The notes below the pieces were generated by a model that had not been told where the DNA came from, did no database searches, and was given only the letters and a program-made list of their open reading frames with translations. A stretch of DNA of 64,000 nucleotides from contig JAQGDQ010000595.1 of assembly GCA_030141605.1 (NCBI GenBank), forward strand, positions 1-64,000, written 5' to 3'. Source of the stretch: Tubiluchus corallicola. Taxonomy: Eukaryota; Animalia; Priapulida. Position numbers and translations under genes: made by a program. Positions 13,001 to 25,100 of this stretch are shown here, piece after piece; within the stretch, counting starts at the first letter, position 1, and every line of letters starts with the position of its first letter.

Positions 13001-14924
13001 AGGGGTGAGTTTGGCTAGTAAATGTAAAATGATTAGTCAATAGATGGCAGCGCCTAAAAATATACAGTTACAACTTCCACAGTTCTTTTTGCACCACAAC
13101 AAATGTGATATTTGCTTGTTTTCTAAGAATCGTCTAAGCAAATCCTGGCAAGAAATTTGTAGTTAACTTAACCTTTTTTTACATAAACACGTTTAGTTAA
13201 GCAGTAGGCTTGCAGTCTATTATATTGTTGAGTACAAGACACGTACAATCGACCCTCGTTAAACCGCACCCCGTTAGCCCGGATATCGGATAAGACGGGC
13301 GTCATCTGTCGTAAAGGAAACTGACCGATTTCCCACCGAGCCGCAGCACTAAGCACAACACGGCCTACCAACTCACCACGAGCCATTGATGGGTCGAAGC
13401 GGCTCGCGGTACCGCCCAGGCTGCTACGATTCCCGCCAAAATTCAGTTTGCTTACCCCATCAAAAGCACTCGCTAATTTCTTTATCCTCACAGGTTAACT
13501 TTTTTAAAGTAATATACAGTATAGTATATAGTGCAATGTATATAGGCCTTAGTAAGTGATTACTCTTGTATAATATAGACCATATATAGGCATATCGGAT
13601 AAATTGGACAATCGGCTAAACCGGACCACCCCCCCTCCCCCAATTAGTCCGGTTTAACGAGGGTTGACCGTATATCACATAGACAAAATGTTTTTGATAA
13701 AGATGATTGATTTTGAGTATGTCATTAATTCCCGAATGATTAATTTAATAATTTTCTCTTAATTCATTAACCTTTAAAAATGAGGACTCTAACCTGTGTA
13801 CACTTGTCTGGCTCTTGTAATTCATCCAAGGCAAAACTTAACACACCTCGTTATAACTCCAACTTTTTCCCCTTTCCAAAGTGGGCAGTATAAAGAGATT
13901 TTTGTGTTGTCATTTTTTATTTTCATTTAATCACCGTTGTTAGCATACTGTATAAGAAATTCTAAATAGTTAGTTTCTTTGCTTTATTTCCTACAGGATT
14001 TAGTTTCTTGGGTGAAGGGAAGAGAGGAAGTCGAAATTGTAGACTTGATATTGAAGATCAAGGAAAAAATGGTATGAACTGATTTAATCAAACTTTCGTT
14101 TACATTTTATGTATAAATGTACTTCAAATTCGATAGATTTAATTTTAATGACAGTTGTTGGTCTTGTTGGCATCCTTCTGTCTCAGAAGACAATGGAATG
14201 CGCGCCAAGAGAGTCTGATCCTTGAACGTCTCCAGGGCGCACGCCTGGGCAAGGTGTAAGGAGATCCTGAGTTGCCCAGACAACAGGAACCCCCTCTCTT
14301 CCTCCCTGGTGTAGTCCAAAGAAAAGCGGAGCGATACGTTTGGCACCACGTTGGCTGCAGGAGCTGTCGGAGTCAGTGAGCATGCTGCACTGGTCCGCCT
14401 TCGGGGCTCCACTCCTGATTTGGAAGGTTTACTCCTCTACACATGACCGTTGAGTTACGTCACGACCTCCTCCGCCCTCTAGCCGTTGGCTGCTTGTGCA
14501 GCTCCTCCGCCTAGTGTCGAGATACAGTGTGGGCATCCCGCAAGCCTACAGCACCTGGTATTCCTACACGGTCACCCATCCAAGCACTAACCAGGCTCTA
14601 CGTTGCTTAACTACGGTGATCAGACGAGAACCGGTGTTTTCAACGTGATTTGGCCGTAGTAATGACAGTAAGGCAGCACTATTACTAATCCCTAGTGAAT
14701 TGCTTAAATATTTTAAGTTAAATCAAACTGTGTTTCAGACATCCGTATTAACGATGTGCTAATAATGTGTTGACAATTAATGCTTTTATTTTCTGCTACA
14801 GTTTTTAGCTGCAAGACATCAGTTGCCAGTGAAAAAGGATACATCTGCAAAGCTAGAGCAGCAAATTAGCACTGTGGTCAGTTCATTACCAGAAGACTTG
14901 CGAGGTGTACTGAGCAACTCTTAA
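3533..14924 (+). CDS. DENND6: DENN domain-containing protein 6 (DENND6A/B, FAM116 family), 3' part; 8 coding exons, 5' exons outside window
   Basis: GT-AG exons with consistent phases: 3533-3627 ([26 protein letters not shown]), 4306-4436 ([20 protein letters not shown]), 6597-6686 ([14 protein letters not shown]), 7302-7355 ([18 protein letters not shown]), 10644-10753 ([16 protein letters not shown]), 11657-11759 (NFEGWYNTR...LHLEALSDA), 13997-14071 ([12 protein letters not shown]), 14802-14924 ([12 protein letters not shown]). Peptides match the remembered DENND6 C-terminal half. Confidence 0.93.
3806..4200. mobile_element. MITE with terminal and internal inverted repeats; fragment at ~51320-51385
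   Basis: AATAAACCTTTTCACAGTT / AACTGTGAAAAGGCTTATT ends and inner AGGTCAAAGGTTAAGTGT / ACACTTAACCTTTGACCT pair. Confidence 0.7.
4539..5405. mobile_element. Composite Tc1/mariner-type MITE carrying captured DENND6 intron/exon sequence (4595-4830)
   Basis: TA-CAGTAAACTCCGCATA...TATGCAGAGAATTTACCG-TA; second left TIR at 4831; 4595-4830 is the reverse complement of 11434-11670. Confidence 0.8.
5732..6219. mobile_element. Degenerate Tigger/pogo-like MITE
   Basis: Imperfect TIRs GTGTTCCCTC...GAGGGAACAC with CCGCGA-type subterminal motifs. Confidence 0.55.
9117..9669 (-). mobile_element. Non-autonomous bipartite RTE-clade retroelement, copy B
   Basis: ~18-20 bp TSD (ATTTGYGTATCATACAAC), (GAA)n tail, degenerate RTE C-terminal peptide ([34 protein letters not shown]); homologous to 59333-59903. 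Confidence 0.85.
9604..9669 (-). ncRNA. Twister ribozyme-like sequence (3' cleavage product) at element 5' end
   Basis: ACCTAGCC..GCCGGTCCCAAGCCCGGATAAATAGGGAGGG; canonical twister core with P2 CCUA/UAGG and P4 CCGG/CCGG. Confidence 0.8.
10854..11433. mobile_element. Tc1/mariner-type MITE (same family as 4539-5405, opposite orientation)
   Basis: TA-CAG...TTATGCGGAGTTTACTG-TA, multiple TAACTCAA motifs. Confidence 0.8.
12250..12500 (-). mobile_element. Helitron-like non-autonomous fragment
   Basis: Reverse-complement similarity to 36230-36390 (GAAAGGTCTCGATCTAGTGTC...AAAACCTCCAAAAATGGCC). Confidence 0.5.
12665..13081 (-). mobile_element. Solo LTR, family 1 (diverged relative of 34017-34440)
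   Basis: TG...CA ends (TGTGAAAGTCAT...AACTTCCACA), perfect 5-bp TSD GTTCT. Confidence 0.8.
13246..13670. mobile_element. Tc1/mariner (Tigger-like) MITE
   Basis: TA-CAATCGACCCTCGTTAAACCG...CGGTTTAACGAGGGTTGACCG-TA. Confidence 0.8.
14156..14659 (-). mobile_element. 5S rRNA-derived SINE (SINE3), copy 1
   Basis: Near full-length 5S head at ~14542-14659, body shared with 40296-40840, (CAA)-type tail, 10-bp TSD TAATGACAGT. Confidence 0.9.
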
Positions 14925-15227
14925 ATATCGAAGCTTTGAAACTCAAAATGGAGGCACGATCTCATACAGCTGTGTAGTAAAGAACTACTAAACTACTATA
15001 GGTAAAAGTGAAAGTTTGTATAGTATGTATCTCCCAATGTTAGTTGTATCAGTAAGTTCACCAAGTTGTACAAGATGGCGCAGGGTGAAAATAAATACTC
15101 AGCTGAGTGCTGGGCTATAGATTTTAGTGAAATGACTCTTGACCTTGAACCTCTTGGTCAAGATCACTAACTACTACAGCAAAATGTATCTCCCAATAAA
15201 ATCCATAGATATCTATATTATAAGTTA

Positions 15228-18200
15228 CAGTAAGTGCTCGCTTGCCGACACTAACGCGTTCCAGCAAGGCACGTCGTCGTTAAGGGAAACACCATAGAAA
15301 ACAATGTAAAAGCACTTAGTTGTGTACTCCTGTAAAACTCAATAAAGTGAAAGATCAATAATGCTTGGCATATGTAAATCACTGAGTTGTTCTGCAGGGC
15401 AAAAATCAAGAACAGCTGGCAATGTAAAGCTGTCACTTGGGTTGCAGCACAGAAATTAACAATGCGTGGCTCATAAACGAACATTTCTAAAAAAAAATAA
15501 AGTTTACAGTGAAAATTCAAATTTAAAACCGATTTTCTTTTTTTCCATACACTTGTCTCTCTCTCTGAGGCCACCCTTGTGCCATTTCTTCCTGTCTTAT
15601 TCTACAAGTTCCTGTTTTTTTGAGAAAAATCTAGCGCTGGTTGGGAAAACCTGTTTCTGCAAAAACTTCCTTGTAACACTGCACAGCATCAGCAACATCG
15701 TCTCTCAGTTCAGAACTTGCTCACCATCTGGGTTGTTTTCACCAAGAAATTTTCAAGTCCAGCGTCAGTATCTTAAACAGCTCCATGCAGCTAGCCATTT
15801 TTGTTTACCAGTCTTTTCTGTTTAACGCTGCTGAGAAATATTTGTAGTGTTGTTTTTCCGACAACTTGAATGCAAATGATACGAGTGCATCATTAATTAA
15901 TTAACCCAGCAATGTATCAAGAGAGAATTGCATCAGAGGCATTCCCAGTGTGGGAGAGTGTCGGTAACTAGCCACTGGTCAGCAATGAATCATGAGAGAA
16001 TTGCATCAGAGGCATTCCCAGTGTGGCAGAGCATCGGTAATTAGCCACTGGTCAGCAATGTATCATGAGGGAATTGCATCAGAGGCATTCCCAGTGTGGG
16101 AGAGCGTCGGTAATTAGCCACTGGCCAGGAATGTATCATGAGAGAATTGCGTCAGAGGCATTCCCAGTGTGGGAGAGCGTCGGTAGTTAGCCATTGGCCA
16201 GCAATGTATCATGAGAGAATTGCATCGGAGGCATTCCCAGTGTGGCAGAGTGTCGGTAATTAGCCACTGGTCAGCAATGTATCAAGAGAGAATTGCGTCA
16301 GAGGCATTCCCAGTGTGGCAGAGCGTCGGTAATTAGCCACTGGCCAGCAATGTATCATGAGAGAATTGCATCGGAGGCATTCCCAGTGTGGCAGAGTGTC
16401 GGTAATTAGCCACTGGTCAGCAATGTATCAAGAGAGAATTGCGTCAGAGGCATTCCCAGTGTGGCAGAGCGTCGGTAATTAGCCACTGGCCAGCAATGTA
16501 TCAAGAGAGAATTGCATCAGAGGCATTCCCAGTGTGGGAGAGTGTCGGTAGTTAGCCACTGGTCAGCAATGTATCATGAGAGAATTGCATCAGAGGCATT
16601 CCCAGTGTGGGAGAGCGTCAGTAATTAGCCATTGGCCAGGAATGTATCATGAAAGAATTGCGTCAGAGGCATTCCCAGTGTGGGAGAGCGTCGGTAATTA
16701 GCCACTGGTCAGCAATGTATCAAGAGAGAATTGCATCAGAGGCATTCCCAGTGTGGCAGAGTGTCGGTAGTTAGCCACTGGTCAGCAATGTATCAAGAGA
16801 GAATTGCATCGGAGGCATTCCCAGTGTGGCAGAGTGTCGGTAGTTAGCCACTGGCCAGCAATGTATCAAGAGAGAATTGCATCGGAGGCATTCCCAGTGT
16901 GGGAGAGTATCGGTAATTAGCCACTGGTCAGCAATGTATCATGAGAGAATTGCATCAGAGGCATTCCCAGTGTGGCAGAGTGTCGGTAATTAGCCACTGG
17001 TCAGCAATGTATCATGAGAGAATTGCATCAGAGGCATTCCCAGTGTGGGAGAGTGTCGGTAGTTAGCCATTGGCCAGCAATGTATCATGAGAGAATTGCA
17101 TCGGAGGCATTCCCAGTGTGGCAGAGTGTCGGTAATTAGCCACTGGTCAGCAATGTATCAAGAGAGAATTGCGTCAGAGGCATTCCCAGTGTGGCAGAGC
17201 GTCGGTAATTAGCCACTGGCCAGCAATGTATCATGAGAGAATTGCATCAGAGGCATTCCCAGTGTGGGAGAGCGTCGGTAATTAGCCACTGGCCAGCAAT
17301 GTATCATGAGAAAATTGCATCAGAGGCATTCCCAGTGTGGCAGAGTGTCGGTAATTAGCCACTGGTCAGCAATGTATCATGAGAGAATTGCGACAGAGGC
17401 ATTCCCAGTGTGGGAGAGCGTCGGTAATTAGCCACTGGCCAGCAATGTATCATGAGAGAATTGCGTCAGAGGCATTCCCAGTGTGGGAGAGCGTCGGTAA
17501 TTAGCCACTGGTCAGGAATGAATCATGAGAGAATTGTGTCAGAGGCATTCCCAGTGTGGGAGAGCGTCGGTAATTAGCCACTGGTCAGGAATGAATCATG
17601 AGAGAATTGCGCAGAGGCATTCCCAGTGTGGCAGAGCATCGGTAATTAGCCACTGGTCAGCAATGTATCATGAGAGAATTGCGTCAGGGGCATTCCCAGT
17701 GTGGGAGAGCGTCGGTAATTAGCCACTGGTCAGCAATGTATCATGAGAGAATTGCGTCAGGGGCTTTCCCAGTGTGGGAGAGTGTTGGTAATTAGCCACT
17801 GGTCAGCAATGTATCATGAGAGAATTGCGTCAGGGGCATTCCCAGTGTGGGAGAGCGTCGGTAATTAGCCACTGGTCAGCAATGTATCATGAGAGAATTG
17901 CGTCAGAGGCATTCCCAGTGTGGGAGAGCGTCGGTAATTAGCCACTGGTCAGCAATGTATCATGAGAGAATTGCATCAGAGGCATTCCCAGTGTGGGAGA
18001 GCGTCGGTAATTAGCCACTGGCCAGCAATGTATCATGAGAGAATTGCGTCAGGGGCATTCCCAGTGTGGGAGAACGTCGGTAACTAGCCACTGGTCAGCA
18101 ATGTATCATGAGAGAATTGCGTCAGAGGCATTCCCAGTGTGGGAGAGTGTCGGTAATTAGCCATTGGCCAGGAATGTATCATGAGAAAATTGCGTCAGAG

Positions 18201-18530
18201 GCATTCCTAGTGTGGGAGACCGTCAGTAATTAGCCATTGGCCAGGAATGTATCATGAAAGAATTGCGTCAGAGGCATTCCCAGTGTGGGAGAGCATCGGT
18301 AATTAGCCACTGGCCAGCAATGAATCATCGTTGCTGATAATTTGCAACCAGGCAGATTATTACTGTGGCTTTTTCATAATTTAAAGCACTAGTGCAGCAA
18401 ACAAAATGTCAGTGCTTGCTGCTTAGAGGTCAAAAAGTCGTCGTTAAGATGAAACGTGTCGTTAAGTGAATAAAAGGTGTCAAAAGACGAGTGCCATTAA
18501 AATGAAACGCTGTTAAGCGAGGACTTGCTG
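15228..18530 (-). mobile_element. Tigger/pogo deletion derivative hosting a satellite array
   Basis: Imperfect TIRs CAGTAAGTGCTCGCTT / AAGCGAGGACTTGCTG; frameshifted pogo-like C-terminal remnant (NPDGE..SELRDDVADAVQCYKEVFAE..LDF) on the minus strand at ~15620-15745. Confidence 0.6.
15907..18329. repeat. Tandem satellite, 73-bp unit, ~33 copies
   Basis: Unit CAGCAATGTATCATGAGAGAATTGCRTCAGAGGCATTCCCAGTGTGGGAGAGYGTCGGTAATTAGCCACTGGY; unit starts at 15907, 15980, 16053 ... 18315. Confidence 0.97.
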
Positions 18531-20199
18531 GTACACTAAGTTTGATTGCCTAATTCTTCATAGCGTCCTTTGACATTGACCTTGAGTACACTGGCTCTCA
18601 CACTGAAGTTTCTCTCTGCTATAAGGTATTAAAAGCAACCCAAGCTTGGCTGCTTGCCTGACAAGCTTAACTAGTTTCAATTTTTAAATAGTAATTATGC
18701 TGTTTTGTGTTCACCTATTCACTTATATTATTGCTTAGGGACAATGGGTTACGATAGATTGGATCTTTTTCATTTCACTTAAGCTTCAAGCACAAATTAG
18801 GAGCATATCTAGTCCTAGATGTGAATTGCAGACATTTATTAAATAGTCAATGGTTTTTTAGCACTAATTCTGTGCACTATGTTTATATAAAGAAATAAAA
18901 AGTTTATATAAAAAGGTTACAGTACAATTTTGCTACAAAACAGGACGGAAGTTGTTTTTTTGAAATCTCAAGTGTACGCAGTAACTGTTTTGTACATGTA
19001 TCTCTTTTCAAATTTATCTGTAGGAATTAGTAAACAAAAAAAAGAATAATTTTATCGCCTGCTGCCACCTGTGTTCTGGTTACCTAATAAACTAAAGCAA
19101 AATGAATTTCCAAATTTTTATTTTATAGCTACGCAAGGTAAATTGGAATTAATGAATTTATACCTGATACTTGTTATCAAATTTGTGTTAAATGTACATT
19201 TCAAACCTGGCTGACAGTAATAATGTTGATAGAAAATTTTTGCTAAGGTTTTAAATTTTTTGTAACAGAAATTTATTGCTTCGTTTACAAGTGGATAGCT
19301 GCATCTAAAAGAAAGTGTGAAATTAGTCTGTAAATAGTTCATTATTAAAAGCATGTTTTATAGTCACTTCAACATTTTAGATCATATATCAGTTTTGCTG
19401 CACAATGCACATACCTTACGAAATCGTGTTGTTATTCGTAACAAAATTTATTTATTTTCTATAAAATTTTATTTACTGCATCTTTGTAGTTGTTGCTTCA
19501 TGGCTATTTTTCACTTTGGTGCAAACATTTTCCAGTTTACAGATAATTAGGTGAAGTGCATTACGTAGTCATCAATGTTTCATCTTTCAATCTCAAAGTA
19601 AGCATTTAAACATTTGTTATAAACTAGGGACCATATTATCGTTTTTCTTCATAAGTATTTTGCAACATTAAAAGTGGAAATATTAAGCATAATTACATGT
19701 AATTTAATTTTTTACAGTAAATGATTTAGTAAATTCTTTCTTTTATTTTCAGTCTGCTTTCTTGCCATTGTTATAAATGTTCACTGTTTTTACATAGAAA
19801 ATCGATTCAGACTGTTAACTTATGAAATTAAAGTTTTCTTGTGACTTTGTATTGAAACACTGCGAATGTAAATAAATATTTTCATTTTAAATCTCACTTT
19901 AAACAAAAATATGTTTACAAATTTTTGGCATGGCTTGATTTTTTTTGTGTACTGTTTCATTTATGATCACTAGGTTTGATGAACTTCTACTGTAATAGCT
20001 GTGACTTGGACTCTTTACAAGCTTTGCATATTAACTTATCAGAAAGTGTTAATCACAGTGACTATAGTACAGCTGCATTGAATACTATGGCAGTGACTGA
20101 AGCCAGATTGGAGTGGTGTTACTAATGTATGCTACTAGATCTTTCAAAAATTTAATTGAAAATTTATGTGAAAGTGTACTATCAGATTTGGACCCCTAC

Positions 20200-20560
20200 A
20201 AGAATAAGAATAATTTATTTGCCTTCAAAATAACAACCACAGAATAGTACATAATAATAAACTACAAAATTTAAGAAGGGCAGATGGACATAACAACAAA
20301 CTACAAAATTTAAGAAGGACGGGATGGTGAAAGACCAAATGGTCATCCAGTCTGTCATCCCTAAATAGGGAGTTTACTAATTTCAACATGGTGAGCAAAT
20401 AGTATTAGAACAAAATAAAGAATACAAAATGAAAATAAATCAAAATTAAATTGATGGTAAACAATTATGGAAAACCTAATTATGCAAATTTATGTAAAAC
20501 CAGTGAAAATAAAATTAGTAAAGCAAAATTCCACGGGCAATACTAAAAAAGCAGAAGTTG
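20200..20560 (-). mobile_element. LINE 3'-tail fragment; related fragment at ~61620-61797 (+)
   Basis: AATAAA followed by short tandem tail; shared GAC..TTGGTCTTT motif; boundaries approximate. Confidence 0.4.
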
Positions 20561-21589
20561 CATGTACTGTAAGCTCGTGCTGGTTTTAAACTAAATGAAT
20601 TATTGTATTATGTTATTAATATGGATATGAAACAAAAATAGCTAATAAATTTAAGAAGGTAGGTATTACTGATAAAGCAATCGGAAATTATGTTTCATAA
20701 TAATTATATTAATGGTATTGCAGAAAGACTATTTTATCTATTATATTAATACTACTCAAATGTGGTTATTTTTTAATTTAGTGAGATATGCCATTTATGA
20801 TTAAGGTATAGTGAGTTTATAGATTACGTAAAGGTATGGTAAATAATACTGGTGTGGTCATGTATTATAAGTACAGGTTTAGGTTAACTATCGGTTAAAT
20901 TAAAGATGATACAATAAAGCGATCAACATAAATAATAATCAAACATACCAGCAGCAGAGATAGCAAACAAGAAAAAGAGAAGCAAATTACATGTAAATAA
21001 ATTGTGTATTAAACTGTATTGCCAAACAATATAATTTCTTTCTGTTTAATTAACACTATAATTATGTATGAAATTCAATATATAATGGTTGGCTAGTACG
21101 TGTAGTGAGTTTGCATTTTTAATTGCCTAGACAACTCTGTCCACAAAATTACACCTTCGTGCTTTATAGAATTCAACCCCCATAATGTCTGATATCTAGT
21201 TTGAATAATTTGCTTCTTGTAGCAGACCTTTTTGAATAATTGTGTATTTACTTATTTTTTCAGGGAGTTTTACTTAATTCAGGGTGCAAACTGTTACTAT
21301 ATCTGTCCATAAATTTAACTAGTTCCAGTTCTCCTCTGTTCTTTCACTTTTCAGCTTAGTGTAGGACAAAAATCTTTTTCAGAATTAGTGCTATGAAAAA
21401 CGACACCTCGCGGAATATCTAAACTGTTTAAGCAAAATGAACGCTTTTGCCAGCTTACTATAAACACAGGATAATACTGTTCGATAAGAACATTATACTG
21501 TACAAAAATCTCCGGTACTCAAGCCATGGATGACATTCACACGTGCTTTGCCGGTACGCTACGAGTTTCAGGCCACAATTACGCAATTG

Positions 21590-21615
21590 AAATGCGTCAC
21601 TTCCGGTTGCGCAGA
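21590..21615 (+). promoter_or_regulatory. Putative cytochrome c promoter: ETS/GABP site with overlapping CRE half-site
   Basis: TGCGTCACTTCCGGTTGCGCA in a locally CpG-rich patch ~230 bp upstream of the putative 5'UTR donor at 21829. Confidence 0.5.
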
Positions 21616-22102
21616 CTGCATCACGCGGCACGCTTCTATGAGAATAAACGGAATGGTGGCGTAAAATTCACGAGAGGAGTTACGAAATAGAGGACACGGT
21701 CAGATCAAAGTCAAGCACTATTATAGTAAAGTTTGCTGTATTGCGTGAGATTTATAAAATTGTATAAAACTGTTAACGTTGTGAAGTGTAAACATCCACC
21801 TCCTGAACTAATAGTAATAATATACAAGGTAACTTCTGTTAGTATTACTGTACTTTAGTGTATAATTATTATAAGCAGAATAACTTACTGAGTTATTGTT
21901 GCCTTTATAGCAGCTATAGTAGAAATCGATTTGTGAAGTTAAAGAAATTGATACCAGGTACCAATGTACGTGCTGATACACATGCATTGTCAGAGAATAT
22001 TTTTGGCAAGATGGATTGGTTGAGTTCTCGGTGTTTCCGCTTTGCTGTACATAATAATTTGAGTTTTATTTTTGTTAGGACTAACAAGCAACAGCTTTTA
22101 TA

Positions 22103-25100
22103 ATGCCTGACGCTATCCCAGCTGGTGATGCCGAGAAGGGCAAGAAAGTGTTCAAGCAAAGGTGCGAACAGTGCCACACTGTGGAAAAGAATGGAAAGCA
22201 CAAAACGGGACCGAATCTTAATGGTTTAATTGGCCGTAAGACCGGCTATGCACCAGGATTCTCATACACGGATGCAAATCGGAGTAAAGGTACCAATGAT
22301 GATGAGCTTGATTCTGATAAATTAGATGATTCTAGCTTAAGTGGTTCAGCATTGGATCCATGGATAGGATTGCAGTGCCCTTTCCTCATGGCGTTTGTAG
22401 TGCTTAATCCATACATGAGCTGAATGAAACTCCAGATAAATTCATTCAAATTATGATTTCATAGTTTTGTAAAGCGGAATACTGATTTTGTTTTCTATAT
22501 TAACTTATTCACATAGGCCTTATAATATATTTCCCGAGTGATTGTAGATAAAAATTTAATATAGTTACCTTAGTTAGAAGTAATAATTGGGAATGACTTA
22601 CAAGTTGATAATTTGCTGTTACTCTTAGTAATGCAGGGCCGGCTCTACCACTAGGAATTAAACTAGGCAGTTGCCTAGGGTGCCAAATTTTGGAACTACC
22701 GTATTTTCCCGTGTATAAGAGACCCTTGTGTATAAGAGACCCCTTCAATTTTTAGGCAAAAATTCTGGAAAAAAGTTTTTTCAGACGGACATTTTTAGAG
22801 GGTAGAGTACAACTTTTTTCAACTCAGTGCGGTACTGAAAACAAAATAAAACCAGTTAATGTGTTGTAGAAAAAGAGTACTGGTATATATTAAAGTGCGT
22901 ACCTGCAAACCTGTAACAGGAAAAGAGGAAACGAGGAGATAATGCCTGTGTCACGATGCTTGTATTGCTTACAACCGCTTCATAGTCGAACGCGACACGC
23001 AAAACAGTTGTAGAGCACTTATTTCTTTAAAATCATTAGTGTCACAATTTATGCATCTTATTGAAAAGACTTACTCCCATGTATAAGAGACCCCCTATTT
23101 TTAAAGTGAAAATTCTGAGCAAAAAAGGGTCTCTTATACACGGGAAAATACGGTAATTCTTTAATTTTCATGTTTAGCTTAAACACAAATAATAACATAA
23201 AGTATATATTTGCTTAAATTCGCAACACTTTAATTTAATGAAAAAAAGTGCTGGAGTTCTTTTCCTGTCAAAATATTATGATTCATTCACACCAACTATT
23301 AGCACCCTTAGGATAACTACTGAGTATGCAGACACTACTGAGTACTGACCGTGTTACCTTGCTTTTGCTTAGTTTATCTTATATTGAGAGAGCAGCAGAA
23401 AAAGTAATGACTGTTTCATTTAATGAAAAACTTTTTGCTATAGCGTTTATCTAGTCATAGCAGATAAATCTACAAAGAGTAGAAGCTTTCAGGAACGTTA
23501 TCCAGAAACAAAGGGTTAAAAAGTTGGCAGACACCGAGCAGGAAAAAGATTCACTAATGACCCATTTGAAACCAGACCAGAGTTATGGCTGTGAAACTAG
23601 TAAAACAATGTGTATGAGAAGGGAAGTCAGTGTTTTTAAAAAAAATATGAAAAGTCTGTGTGAAAATCTAGGCCAAGACTTATTGTACACGAGAGTACAG
23701 AAATTACAGAAAATTTTATTGCTCTTGAAGATCTGACACATATATGGGGTTCATAAATTCAACTTCAAATGAAATCAACAAGAGCTGTAGATAGGTAATT
23801 AATTGCATTTAATTAGTAGGGGTGAGCATCGAATTCGATTCGAACGAGTTTTTTTAGTTCGAACTCGATTCGAATCCAAAACTATAGATTCGAATAATTC
23901 AGCACTTCAATCACATATATTCCTGATCACTAAAACGATTGAAACATCATGCAATTAGCATAATTTAGCTGTGATTTCTGCGCACAATTTTAAAGAAATT
24001 ACTAGTCGTTTTATTGCAGAACGAAATCTAGTGATATGCATGATCTTTGTAAGACTAATTTTTATTGGTGGTTCGAAAACTTGTTCGAAAATCGTTCATT
24101 CTCAATTCGAATTCGGTTCGAATTCGAAAGTCACAAATTCGGTTCGAATTCGCTTTCTGGTAGAGAATGCTCACCCCTATTAATTAGTACAATACAATAC
24201 TTGTATAAGCATAATGCACAGGCACCATTATACTTTATCAGATACATACAACAAAAGTTTAATTTATGGGTGCATGGGGGAAGAGGTTGGCAGTTGAGGA
24301 AGGTGGCGCTAAAAATACTTTTGCCTAGGGCGTCAGACTATGTAGAGCCGGCCCTGCAGTAATGTCATTCCTTTAACTGACGAGGCTATGAAATTATTTT
24401 TTTAAAGAGCATACTGAAAGTGCAGCATTGAAAACGTCTAGCTAAATGTGTACTTCCATATCGCAAATAGAATCATACTATACAACATTGTATCATACTA
24501 TTCGTACGCGCTAGAAAGAGCAATGCTGTTGCAATATCAGTATTAGCTACGTCATTACCTCGCGTACAAAGGTCTTGCGAAGTCTCAGTAGCCTGGCATG
24601 AATGGATTTTGCGGAATGCGGTCATTCTATCGTACAGTAAGCTCGTATGACGTCAGTTCCGGCTAGACACTCATGGCTTTCAGCTGAGGTCACGCAGCGG
24701 TTATCAAGACTATTTGACATGAGTACTGCATTTGATTTACTGTATCTAGTAGAATTTCATTTGTGGAGGCAGGCACAGAGGAAATTTAGTGATAAATTAC
24801 AAGAATTGGGTTAAATAGTCGCTGTTAGTCATTTTTAAAGTTTTTTGTTGTTTTCTATTTCGACGCCGAGTACAGTACACATTAACTCCCAAAAAATATT
24901 TTTACTAGAAATTCCGTTCTAAGATTTGGAGAGCATAAGCACAGATAATAGCGGCACTTTAAAAGCGTTGGTGTCTAAAGAGCTATGTATTTTGCGGTGT
25001 CTAAAGAGCTGTGTATTTTGCATGTCATTAATGGTGTGCATTAAGTTTGATTTCCATGGAAACTGCATCTAAACCTACATAATCATAAAAAAAAGTATTT

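Noticed and set aside
14107-14412. Paralogous ~100-aa ORFs (also 40542-40784)
   Set aside because: Both are antisense or sense reads of the same SINE body, not a protein gene.
15907-18329. CRISPR-like array
   Set aside because: Units are contiguous with no unique spacers, there are no cas genes, and the context is eukaryotic; it is a satellite.
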